51,837 nt of DNA from Bacteroidales bacterium (GTDB lineage Bacteria > Bacteroidota > Bacteroidia > Bacteroidales > B18-G4): NCBI GenBank assembly GCA_040775045.1, contig JAXGTH010000003.1, positions 1 through 51,837 of the forward strand. The letters run 5' to 3'. The notes beneath the pieces were generated by a model that did not search any database, was not told where the DNA came from, and saw nothing but the letters and a program-made list of their open reading frames with translations. Made by a program: the position numbers and the translations under genes. Positions 24,485 through 33,510 of the stretch are shown one piece after another; positions within the stretch are counted from its first letter, which is position 1, and every line of letters begins with the position of its first letter.

Positions 24485-27400
24485 TTACCGGCTTCGCCTG
24501 ACCTCAACCCAGCTTCCCGAACGCCGGGCATAGACGGCAGGATCGTACATGGCTTCGCACTGCGGTCCGGGCATATAGTAACGGCCGGGATAGGCAGCGT
24601 TCAGCAGGACCTTGTATCTCACCACCTCCCGGCCATCGAGACTAAAATAGGTCATGACCCTGTCATCCCTTATATCCCTGTAGTCGTAACCACTTTCCTC
24701 CAGGATGTCGGGACCATCAAAGATGCGCCGGTTGATGATCTCCCAGCCGCTCGGGAATACCTGTGTAAGCGCCAGGTTGCGATATACAGCATTTGAGGAT
24801 GCCGCATTGACCCGTACCTCGGCTATGAAATCCGTTCCCTGCAGGATCGAAACCGGGTCGATCATGCGTCCTTCCATATCACGGTATGATACCTGCAGGC
24901 TGATGTTGCGGTCTGTATCGCCAATGCTGTCGGTAAGCGGCGTCCCTTCGAGGTTGAGCGTTGCATATAGGTCCTTGTCCCCGTCATTCACGACCTTCAT
25001 CACAAAACGATCGCCGGGTACTGTTTCCATTGGGATGCGGGAATAATGAAAATCGTTGCGCACCCTGGTCATATCCTCATCGGAGACCGCATAACTGAAC
25101 ATCAATCCTTCGGAGGTTACCGGCTGTTCGCCGTAGAACGATGACATGGCCATCAGGCACATGGCGGTGGTTTGCGTGCTCATCCACTCCTGCTTTGCCA
25201 GGGCTTCCGATATCTCCATCGCAACGGGAAATGCTTTGTCCTTATCCCCTATCAGGCAAAGGCTCTCCAGGATCATGGCCTTGTCGCGAAGTCCCGATCC
25301 GAAGGTCAGGTCGAAAGGCCTGTAGGGGCCGACAAGCATGCCGGCATCCGCGGCTATCTTGTTCCCGGCTTCCGGCTGGCCTGCAAGCATGTATGTGGCA
25401 GCAAGCTGCCATTTTGCCGTTGCACAGATCCCGGGCGTTTCCCTGAGCCGGTTCATGGCCCTCAGGTCTGCCGAACCGGCCAGTGCAAGGGTATAAAGCC
25501 TGTAGGCCTGTTCCAGGCCCCTGTTGTATGGCTCGTCATCCTCCCACGACCAATCAACAACCCTTCCCTGCTGAAATTCCAGCCAGGATGATCTCAGGCC
25601 TACGGGAAGGCCGAATCCTTTCTTCGCGGCTTCGAGAAAGAATTGCCCGGCATAGGATGTGACCCATTCGTTGGAACGCTCACCGGGCCATAATGATAAC
25701 CCGCCATCGTTCGCCTGAAATTTTATGATGTCGTTCAGCGCTTTCCTGACATGAGCATTGGATTGCTTTTCCATTGCATCGCTCAATTCACTGAACCTCG
25801 AAAGGTAAAGCTGCGGGAAAGCAGCCGATATGGTTTGTTCAAAGCATCCATGCGGATAGCTGATGAGGTAATTCAGCCGCCTGTCGAGATTTACAGGCAT
25901 CAGGCCGGCCACTTCGAGCGAAGCGGAATTGGTCCCGGGCATACCGGGCAGCATTTCACTAAAGGTATATGCTTCGCCGGGCAGGATCCTGGTACTGAAA
26001 AGCCTGGAAACAGGCGGGTTCGGATTGCGTACGTCCACTTCAACGCGGTATGTCGCCTTATGGCTTCCACTGCTGATCTCAGCTTCCACAATCCCAAGGC
26101 CTGTATCTTCTATGGTTTCAAGCGTAAAATAAACGACCTGTTCGCCGGGAGCATCAAAGCGGGCTTGTCCCTCGAGGAGCTTTTCCCTGAACATCCCATT
26201 GGCTTTCACGCTGATGTCGATATCCCTGATCCCCTCTTCCATGGCAAAGATGGTGAGCGGCAGGGTGACTTCCTCGCCCGGTCCCAGCATCCTCGGTAAG
26301 GTGGCCAGGAGCATCAGGGGTTTTCTTACCGGTGACGTCTTTTCTGCAGATCCGTATGCTCCTTCCCCGGCAGCAACCACCATCGTCCTGACACTGCCCA
26401 CATAGTTGGGCATGATGAAGGTATGCTTTGCGCTTCCGCCTTTCCCTAGCCTGAAAGGCCCGAAAACCCTTACCACTGGGGTAAACCTGCTGGCCTTCCG
26501 GTCCTTGACCGGGGCAATCTCATCATCCCCGCCAATCCCGAACACTTTTTCCAGCTTACCCCCATAGGCGCCGATCACATGGCTGTAGAGATCCCAGGTC
26601 CTCACCCCCAGGGCTTCCCTGGCAAAGAAATTATTCCATGGATCGGGAGTCGTGAAACGGGTGAGGTCAAGCAGGCCCTCATCCACCACGGCCAGCGTAT
26701 AGGTCATCGGGATGCCGCTCTCCTCGCGTATCCTTATATCCACCTTTTTTTCGGGTTCAAGAACATCCGCCATTTCGATTACCGGCATGATACGCGATGC
26801 CGGGTCGCTGACCATGACAGGGATGACCCCGTAAAGGCGCATCGGAGCATCATTTCCACTCACCGCATGTGGTTGCACCAGGCTGATGCCCACATAGACG
26901 TTAGGTGCCATCCCGGTGGTGATCGCAAAGCTGTATTTGTTTTCTTCCTTCAGGTCGGTGATCCATGAGGCATGAAGCACTTCCGACCCCGACTCGATGG
27001 TGATCAGGGCACGGCCTTTCCCTGAGGAGGGGAAGATCACCGTTGCTGTTTCACCGGTTATATAGGATTCCTTGTCGGATGTAAAGGTCAGCAAAGAGGC
27101 TGCACCGGGAAACTCACGCCTGGCCTGGCCTGCCCATCCGGGCCAGTCGACATACACCGTCTTGCCGGCAGCCGCCCCGCCTTCAGGGTCCCATACCCGT
27201 ATAAAATACCGGCCCCATTCGGGATAGTTGATCCGGAACTCAAAGGTGCCTTTACCTGTCCTGTCGGTCGTTACGTTGCCTTCGGCCACCGGGACAGAGT
27301 ATTCGGAACTGAAAAAGCTGGCCATATCATCATCCGTGGCATTCCACCACCACCGCCAGGTAACCTTGTATACCGCAGCCTTCAGATTGCTTTTGCTCAC

Positions 27401-30049
27401 GGGCCGCCCACCGGCATCGCAGGTGATCACCGACACCCGCTGGCTGGTGTCCGTGAGGAGCATGCCCCGCTTGTCGCCTTCCGGCATCTTAATGCCAACA
27501 AAGGTTCTGTACGGTGCATAATCCATGGTGAAGAAGTCGGTGCTGATATCGCCGCCCTTTTCAAAAGCCCTTACGGTGAATGCTGCCTTAAGCATTCCCG
27601 GGGCCCTGCTGACCAGCGGGGGAGTGAAGCTGACCTGTGCTTTGCCCTCCTGGTCGAGCTTTCCGTCGAAAATAGCGATCTCTTCAGGGTAAAATTCTCG
27701 TGAAGGATCTGTAAAGGTATATCCCGGGAATTTGTCAAAACCCTCATTGCTTTTATATAACAACATGTCGACCTTTGCCTTCAGATATCCTGCGGGAGCA
27801 CCGTGAAGCCAGGCTACGCTGAGTTCCGCCGATTTTTGTTGTCCGCCCTGCAAAGGCCCCGTGCCGGGATCAAAATGCAGTTTCAAGCGGTTGGGCTTAA
27901 CGGTTTCGATCCTCAATGGCTTGCTGAAGTCCACCCCGCCAATGCTCACCTTCGCGGTATATGTCCCGGTGGGAGCATCGAGGAAGGTTTTTGTGGTCAG
28001 GCGGTAGATATGTCCCTCTTTGCCTGTCTTTACGATACGCTGCACCGGCTTACCGAAAGGGTTGAGCAGTTCAAAGACCAGGGGGTGTTCGTCAGGTAGC
28101 CCGGCATGAGGTGCATCAAGGATGAAATTCAGGAAGATGGTGTCACCGGGCCGCCATACACCCCTTTCGGCGTAGATATAACCTTTGATCCCTTTGTCTA
28201 CGGTTCTTCCGCTGACATCGAAATCGCTGACCGACAACGCACTGCCATCATCGATCCTCAGGTAGCCCTTCTGCCTCCCTTTCTGTGCAACGAGCAGGAA
28301 GGGGCTTCCTTCAATCTCTATCTCAGCCATGCCATCCTTTCCCGAAGTACCATGCGCGATACGTTGCAGCTGGTAATTAAGCACTTCCAGTGTTACTCCC
28401 TCCACGGGGCCGGAAGTGACCAGGTCTGACACGGCAACCAGCATACGGCCGTCGCTGCCTGATTTTACGATCAGGCCCAGGTCCGAAGCCAGGATGTTCG
28501 TTTTGACGAAACGCGAGGAATTGTAATATGATACATGGCACGGATTGTCTTCCTCCCGCCAGTCATAGCCTTCGGGCCAGTACCCCCAGTAATATCCTTC
28601 GGGATCATCCCAGTAGGTGGTTTCTTCGAAATCCCATGAATTCCGGTCAGCCCCTGCGGGTCCATCATCACCGCCAGGAATCCCGTCCTGGCATTCGTAG
28701 GCTGAATACCCTTTATAAAAGGCAAATTCTATGTTGTATATTGCTCCAGGGTCGGGGCTGATGAGGCTGCTGAGATCGACAGAGAAAAAGTTCCATACAT
28801 TCATGTCGAGGCCGGTGGATGCCAGGTCGACGGTATGTTTCAGCACCGGCCTTCCGACACGTCTGATCTGGTAATCATTGTCGATCCTGTTCACCTGCAG
28901 GAACTGAGGTATGTTATCCTCGTAGATCTTGATCACATGGATATCCACTGCGTTTAGGCCCACCGCTTTGAAAGGCAGTTCAAAACCCTGCGATGAGGGC
29001 AGGATCACTCCCTCGCTGACCATGCTGACCTGTGGCTTCAGCCTTGAAAAATTGATTTCCCTGATGATCTTTCTGCTGATGATAGTCCCAGCAGCACTCC
29101 TGATCCCCGGCTGCAAGGTGAGGGTCACCGTTCCCTGCAAAGTACCCGCCGGGAACACCTCCACTTCGTTGCCGCTGACACGGAATGAAAGCCCGTCATC
29201 ACTATCGAACATGATCAGCCCGTCAAGCCGCTGGTTAGCGGCAAGGTGATCGGAGAAACTCAGTTTCACCCGTTGCGACGGCAACTGGTAAACCTTCACA
29301 TTCAACAGGTCGAAATCCATGACCGAAGGAACTGTGATTTGCTGCTCACCCTTATTGTCGATCCCTGCCGGTGAGCCATCCCATTTCAGCAGCACCTCAC
29401 TTTCAGTCTCCCCGCGTAAAATGCTGTCGACAGTGAACCTGTAAAGCTGGTTATTGTGCAAGGCCTGCCAACGGACCGGCAGTTTTTTACCGTGTTGTTC
29501 CGCCACCATGATCTCCCCTGCCCTGTTAGGACTGATGTGATCGGAAAATTCCAGGTCGCCCTCCAGTGCATACCATCCCGTTGCATCGCCATATGGTTTC
29601 AGGGCACCGGGGCTAAGCCTGAAATCAAGGGTCCTGGCCTGGAAGTTGAAATAAAAATACCCGAGTTCGCCCTGCACATCAAAGAGCTGTGACAGTTTGA
29701 GCCTTGCGTCATAAGACCGCCCTGCTTCCAGTTTCGATGAAGGTTTAAAAGCCAGGGTATAATCATTCACCCAGAATGTATTCCCCTCAATGGGTGGATC
29801 GAATGTAAATACCTCCATATCAATGGGTTCATAGAAATTCCCTGCAATCGGGCAGGGCATGGTAAAACTGACCATGATCTCACTCATGGCAGAAACCACC
29901 CCGCTGGTATGGGACGTAATGTAATTTACGATTTCAGGGCTGTTGACCCGTTCGCCTGCGTGCTGCCGGCATGACGATACGGCAAGCAGAATTGATAAAG
30001 CAAGCGGTATTGTCTTCAGGAAAGGTGAATGCTTGATAAAGCTGATCAT
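24485..30049 (-). CDS. Bacterial alpha-2-macroglobulin family lipoprotein (YfhM/ECAM-like) with a thioester motif
   Basis: About 1850 aa. The ATG at 30049 gives MISFIKHSPFLKTIPLALSILLAVSSC, a lipoprotein signal with lipobox Cys. The CxEQ thioester motif GCFEQT is encoded at 25835-25846. It is paired with pbpC 9 nt downstream. Confidence 0.85.
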   Translation of the reverse strand: MISFIKHSPFLKTIPLALSILLAVSSCRQHAGERVNSPEIVNYITSHTSGVVSAMSEIMVSFTMPCPIAGNFYEPIDMEVFTFDPPIEGNTFWVNDYTLAFKPSSKLEAGRSYDARLKLSQLFDVQGELGYFYFNFQARTLDFRLSPGALKPYGDATGWYALEGDLEFSDHISPNRAGEIMVAEQHGKKLPVRWQALHNNQLYRFTVDSILRGETESEVLLKWDGSPAGIDNKGEQQITVPSVMDFDLLNVKVYQLPSQRVKLSFSDHLAANQRLDGLIMFDSDDGLSFRVSGNEVEVFPAGTLQGTVTLTLQPGIRSAAGTIISRKIIREINFSRLKPQVSMVSEGVILPSSQGFELPFKAVGLNAVDIHVIKIYEDNIPQFLQVNRIDNDYQIRRVGRPVLKHTVDLASTGLDMNVWNFFSVDLSSLISPDPGAIYNIEFAFYKGYSAYECQDGIPGGDDGPAGADRNSWDFEETTYWDDPEGYYWGYWPEGYDWREEDNPCHVSYYNSSRFVKTNILASDLGLIVKSGSDGRMLVAVSDLVTSGPVEGVTLEVLNYQLQRIAHGTSGKDGMAEIEIEGSPFLLVAQKGRQKGYLRIDDGSALSVSDFDVSGRTVDKGIKGYIYAERGVWRPGDTIFLNFILDAPHAGLPDEHPLVFELLNPFGKPVQRIVKTGKEGHIYRLTTKTFLDAPTGTYTAKVSIGGVDFSKPLRIETVKPNRLKLHFDPGTGPLQGGQQKSAELSVAWLHGAPAGYLKAKVDMLLYKSNEGFDKFPGYTFTDPSREFYPEEIAIFDGKLDQEGKAQVSFTPPLVSRAPGMLKAAFTVRAFEKGGDISTDFFTMDYAPYRTFVGIKMPEGDKRGMLLTDTSQRVSVITCDAGGRPVSKSNLKAAVYKVTWRWWWNATDDDMASFFSSEYSVPVAEGNVTTDRTGKGTFEFRINYPEWGRYFIRVWDPEGGAAAGKTVYVDWPGWAGQARREFPGAASLLTFTSDKESYITGETATVIFPSSGKGRALITIESGSEVLHASWITDLKEENKYSFAITTGMAPNVYVGISLVQPHAVSGNDAPMRLYGVIPVMVSDPASRIMPVIEMADVLEPEKKVDIRIREESGIPMTYTLAVVDEGLLDLTRFTTPDPWNNFFAREALGVRTWDLYSHVIGAYGGKLEKVFGIGGDDEIAPVKDRKASRFTPVVRVFGPFRLGKGGSAKHTFIMPNYVGSVRTMVVAAGEGAYGSAEKTSPVRKPLMLLATLPRMLGPGEEVTLPLTIFAMEEGIRDIDISVKANGMFREKLLEGQARFDAPGEQVVYFTLETIEDTGLGIVEAEISSGSHKATYRVEVDVRNPNPPVSRLFSTRILPGEAYTFSEMLPGMPGTNSASLEVAGLMPVNLDRRLNYLISYPHGCFEQTISAAFPQLYLSRFSELSDAMEKQSNAHVRKALNDIIKFQANDGGLSLWPGERSNEWVTSYAGQFFLEAAKKGFGLPVGLRSSWLEFQQGRVVDWSWEDDEPYNRGLEQAYRLYTLALAGSADLRAMNRLRETPGICATAKWQLAATYMLAGQPEAGNKIAADAGMLVGPYRPFDLTFGSGLRDKAMILESLCLIGDKDKAFPVAMEISEALAKQEWMSTQTTAMCLMAMSSFYGEQPVTSEGLMFSYAVSDEDMTRVRNDFHYSRIPMETVPGDRFVMKVVNDGDKDLYATLNLEGTPLTDSIGDTDRNISLQVSYRDMEGRMIDPVSILQGTDFIAEVRVNAASSNAVYRNLALTQVFPSGWEIINRRIFDGPDILEESGYDYRDIRDDRVMTYFSLDGREVVRYKVLLNAAYPGRYYMPGPQCEAMYDPAVYARRSGSWVEVRRSR

Positions 30050-30194
30050 AGGGCTTTGATTTAAGGATTTATCCAGGGGATACAGGCCACGGATCCATAA
30101 CCCCTGATAAGTAATACTGCAATGATGCCAATTCAGTGGCACAGGGCCCGCAAGGGGATCAGCCCTTGCCCGGCTATGTTGAAAACTTATCTAA

Positions 30195-31844
30195 TCAGTC
30201 TCCTGCCCGATATACCATTTCGCCGTTGATAAAGGTATTCAGCACCTTTATGCCGGGGATCTCGTTTGGCATGGCAAACATCAGGTCCCTGTCGGTGATC
30301 ACCATGTCAGCGGCCTTGCCGGGTTCAATGCTGCCTTTCTCATCCTCCTCAAAACCGCCCATGGCAGCCCATATCGTGATCGATCGCAAGGCCTCCTCCC
30401 GGCTGAGGGCATCAGCAGGCTGGAAGCCGTCAGGAGGATATCCATCAAGGTCTTTCCGCACAACGGCAGCATAGAATGTGTATATCGGGCTGATGTTCTC
30501 GATGGGAAAATCGGTTCCGTTCGGAAACCATCCGTTGGCCTCAAGGAGGCGCCTGTAAGCGTAAGCTCCCTTCATCCGTTCGGGTCCGATGCGGTCGCCT
30601 GCCCAGTACATGTCGGAAGTGGCATGGGTGGATTGTATCGAAGGGATGATATTGTATGCCCCGAACTTCTCGAAATCGTCCTCGTGGACGATCTGTGCAT
30701 GTTCTATGCGCCATCGCCTGTCGTTCGGCCCCCGGAGGTATTCCGCGTAGAGATCGAGCATGTACCGGTTGCCCGAATCCCCTATCGCATGGGTGTTCAC
30801 CTGGAAACCGGCAGCCAGCGCATTTTCGATCACTCCGCGATAAAAGTTTTCCGGGTACATGATCAGGCCGTAATTGCCGGGATCATCAGCGTATGGTTCA
30901 AGCATACAGGCACCCCTGGAGCCAAGGGCCCCGTCGGCATAGAGTTTCACCGAATTAACATGCAGCCGTTCAGTGCGGTAAACCCCTTTCCGCATAAATG
31001 AAGGATATGCGGTATCCGTTGCACTGAGCATGGCATTGATCTTCATCTTCAACCGGCCGGACTGCTGCAAGGCATCGATCATCCTTATGGTCTCAACCCC
31101 GAGTCCTGCATCGGTCACGGAGGTGAGTCCGGCAGCAAAACAGTCATTCTCTGCCTCCCGCAAGGCAGCTATCTTAAGTTCTTCATCATCTTCAGGGATC
31201 ACCGCATTCACGAGTTCCATCGCATTATCGATCAATATGCCTGTCGGGATACCATCCTTCAGTATCACCTCACCTCCTTCAACTTTGGTAGTTGCAGTAA
31301 TACCGGCCCTTCTCAGGGCCTCGCCATTGGCCAGCGAGGCATGTCCGTCGACCCGTATCAACACTACCGGCCTGTCGGGAAAGAGTTCGTCAAGTTCCTG
31401 CCTGTCGGGAAATGCCTTGACATCCCAGTCGTTCTGATCCCATCCCCTGCCCAGGATCCACTCGGTATCAAGCTTGCCGGCATGTTCAACCACCCTTTGT
31501 ATGACCTCCCGGTACGAAAGGGCACCATTAAGATCGGCCTTCCGTAACTTATTGATCCCATAGCCCAGGAAATGGCAATGAGCATCAATAAAGCCGGGGT
31601 ACACAAATGCTCCGCCCGCATCATGGATCAGGGCAGGTTCATAGCGGTCAAGCAAGGATGCTTCATCGCCTGTGGCAAGGATCTTTCCGTCGCCGACCAC
31701 CACGGCAGCGGCGGTCGAAAAGTTTTCATCAACAGTATATATGATGGCGTTGGTGATCATAAGGTCGGCGGATGTCCTGGTCATATTGCAAGAAATTTGG
31801 ATGAAAGGCAGAAGGATCAGCATTATTCTGAATGGCATTTTCAT
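30195..31844 (-). CDS. Amidohydrolase-3 family metal-dependent hydrolase (YtcJ-like), probable lipoprotein
   Basis: PGFIDAHCHF metal-binding motif, later H.IGD and HA... blocks. The ATG at 31844 gives MKMPFRIMLILLPFIQISC. Confidence 0.75.
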   Translation of the reverse strand: MKMPFRIMLILLPFIQISCNMTRTSADLMITNAIIYTVDENFSTAAAVVVGDGKILATGDEASLLDRYEPALIHDAGGAFVYPGFIDAHCHFLGYGINKLRKADLNGALSYREVIQRVVEHAGKLDTEWILGRGWDQNDWDVKAFPDRQELDELFPDRPVVLIRVDGHASLANGEALRRAGITATTKVEGGEVILKDGIPTGILIDNAMELVNAVIPEDDEELKIAALREAENDCFAAGLTSVTDAGLGVETIRMIDALQQSGRLKMKINAMLSATDTAYPSFMRKGVYRTERLHVNSVKLYADGALGSRGACMLEPYADDPGNYGLIMYPENFYRGVIENALAAGFQVNTHAIGDSGNRYMLDLYAEYLRGPNDRRWRIEHAQIVHEDDFEKFGAYNIIPSIQSTHATSDMYWAGDRIGPERMKGAYAYRRLLEANGWFPNGTDFPIENISPIYTFYAAVVRKDLDGYPPDGFQPADALSREEALRSITIWAAMGGFEEDEKGSIEPGKAADMVITDRDLMFAMPNEIPGIKVLNTFINGEMVYRAGD

Positions 31845-31928
31845 ATGGAGACAGGCTTTATCGGTAAACAAATTTACTAAATTAGTGTTCTGTTAAAAAA
31901 ACAACTTCCGCAGGAAGCATTATTTTAA

Positions 31929-31936
31929 TATTTTTG
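31929..31936 (+). promoter_or_regulatory. -7 promoter box TATTTTTG
   Basis: Exact TAnnTTTG, 23 nt upstream of ATG 31960. Confidence 0.5.
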
Positions 31937-31959
31937 CCCAGCCAAACAACCAATGCTTT

Positions 31960-32517
31960 ATGAAGAACAAGATATGGAATAACCGTTTATCAGTAATCAG
32001 CGGGATTATCCTAGCAGGGGCACTCATGCGCCTGATCCCCCACTGGCCCAATTTTACGCCGATCGCCGCCATGGCCCTGTTCGGGGGAGCATACTTTGGA
32101 AGGAAGTACCTTGCCTTTGCAGTGCCACTGCTCGCCATGCTGCTCAGCGACCTGGCCATTGGCTTCCATGAAGGCATGGCTGCCGTATACATCGCTTTTT
32201 CCATTACCGTTGGCATCGGGCTCATGATTGGCAGACGCATCAGCGCAGCAAGGGTGGCCATTGCATCGGTAACCTCGTCGGTGATCTTCTTCCTGATCAC
32301 AAACTTTGCGGCCTGGCTCACCAGTCCCCAGTTGTATTCCTCAGATCTTGCAGGATTGATGAATGCCTATGCTGCCGGGCTGCTGTTCTTTAACGACGGA
32401 TCCTACGGCATCTCATTCTTCATGAATGAACTGCTTGGCGGACTGTTCTACAATACGATATTCTTCGGGGCCTTCTACCTTGCCAAATCAAGGTTTCCTT
32501 CGCTTGCAAGGGCCTGA
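31960..32517 (+). CDS. Conserved integral membrane protein of unknown function (possibly DUF6580-like, from memory)
   Basis: 185 aa with about 5 TM helices (…RLIPHWPNFTPIAAMALFGGAYF…). No catalytic motif. Confidence 0.5.
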   Translation: MKNKIWNNRLSVISGIILAGALMRLIPHWPNFTPIAAMALFGGAYFGRKYLAFAVPLLAMLLSDLAIGFHEGMAAVYIAFSITVGIGLMIGRRISAARVAIASVTSSVIFFLITNFAAWLTSPQLYSSDLAGLMNAYAAGLLFFNDGSYGISFFMNELLGGLFYNTIFFGAFYLAKSRFPSLARA

Positions 32518-32549
32518 TGACAGGAGCGATCAGCAGGCTTTCATCCTGA

Positions 32550-32933
32550 TCAGTCGAAAAGTTCCTCGTCGCGCTCGAGGAGCAGGATTGAATGCTGCGG
32601 AACGATAAAATATTTTTCGTTGTCGTATACGATCTCAATCGCACCTTTCTGCAGAAAAATCGCCAGGTCACCCTCGCGTGCCTGTAACGGAATGTATTTG
32701 ATATCCTCCTCGCTTTTTTTCCAGGGTTCTCCATCGGCATCACCCGGCATCGGGATAGGGTAACCGGGGCCTACCCGGATCACATACCCGGTTTGTATTT
32801 CCTCCTTTTCCTTATAGCCCGGGGGGAGAAAAAGCCCGCTCTTGGTTTTGTTCGTGAGGGTTTTGGGTTTTATCAACACCCTGTCGCCTACCACGATCAA
32901 CCTGTTGATCGAATGATTATCCTCCTGATGCAT
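32550..32933 (-). CDS. GroES/Cpn10-like co-chaperone family protein (atypical, standalone)
   Basis: Cpn10-like beta pattern: VGDRVLIKP......KTKSGLFLP......TGYVIRVGPG....GDLAIF. There is no groEL next to it. Confidence 0.55.
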   Translation of the reverse strand: MHQEDNHSINRLIVVGDRVLIKPKTLTNKTKSGLFLPPGYKEKEEIQTGYVIRVGPGYPIPMPGDADGEPWKKSEEDIKYIPLQAREGDLAIFLQKGAIEIVYDNEKYFIVPQHSILLLERDEELFD

Positions 32934-32989
32934 GACAATACGCTTTGCCAGGGTAAAACCTTCCCCTGAATTCGAATCCTAAAATTAAG

Positions 32990-32997
32990 TATTTTTG
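32990..32997 (+). promoter_or_regulatory. -7 promoter box TATTTTTG with no gene for 189 nt
   Basis: Exact TAnnTTTG. The next plus-strand start is 33187. Confidence 0.4.
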
Positions 32998-33186
32998 CAG
33001 AGAATAAAACATTATTGAACACCATGATGCGCCGCTGTCAGAGTAGCACAAGCATTAATAAGCAGAGCAAACCAACATATCCATAAAACAATATTACCAT
33101 ACAGCAGTTTAATACTATAAGAGAACAATAATTTTCAGCCGCTGATGCATATGTGGATCATCACCTTGCAATAACAGATAAAGATC

Positions 33187-33510
33187 ATGAAGTTCGTATT
33201 TTTCAGTCGTCCGAAGCCCAGGCAGTTCACTTACAGGCCCCGTTACTGGGATCCTGAAAAAGAAGAATTTGAGAGGAGGAAACGCCAGCTCGATGGTTAC
33301 GGGGATGGTGAGAGGAGTAATGACGAGATCCGTCATGACCTTCGGCGACAAATGGAGACGCGCTGGCGACGCGACCGCAATACGGGCCCTACCGATGCCT
33401 CCGGTCGCTGGATAAGAATATTTATTTATGCCCTGATCATTTTCCTCGGCCTGTATTTCATTTTCTTTACCAGTTTTATCGATAACCTTGTAAGACTCTT
33501 TACATCATAA
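33187..33510 (+). CDS. Small hypothetical protein with an Arg/Glu-rich N-terminal part and one C-terminal TM helix
   Basis: 107 aa, with the helix IRIFIYALIIFLGLYFIFF. The stop overlaps the mutL start (TAATG at 33508-33512), implying translational coupling. Confidence 0.5.
   Translation: MKFVFFSRPKPRQFTYRPRYWDPEKEEFERRKRQLDGYGDGERSNDEIRHDLRRQMETRWRRDRNTGPTDASGRWIRIFIYALIIFLGLYFIFFTSFIDNLVRLFTS

Noticed and set aside
32550-32933. The GroES-like gene as part of a groES-groEL operon.
   Set aside because: No groEL follows. The protein is longer than canonical GroES, with an insertion, so it is reported only as a Cpn10-like family protein at moderate confidence.
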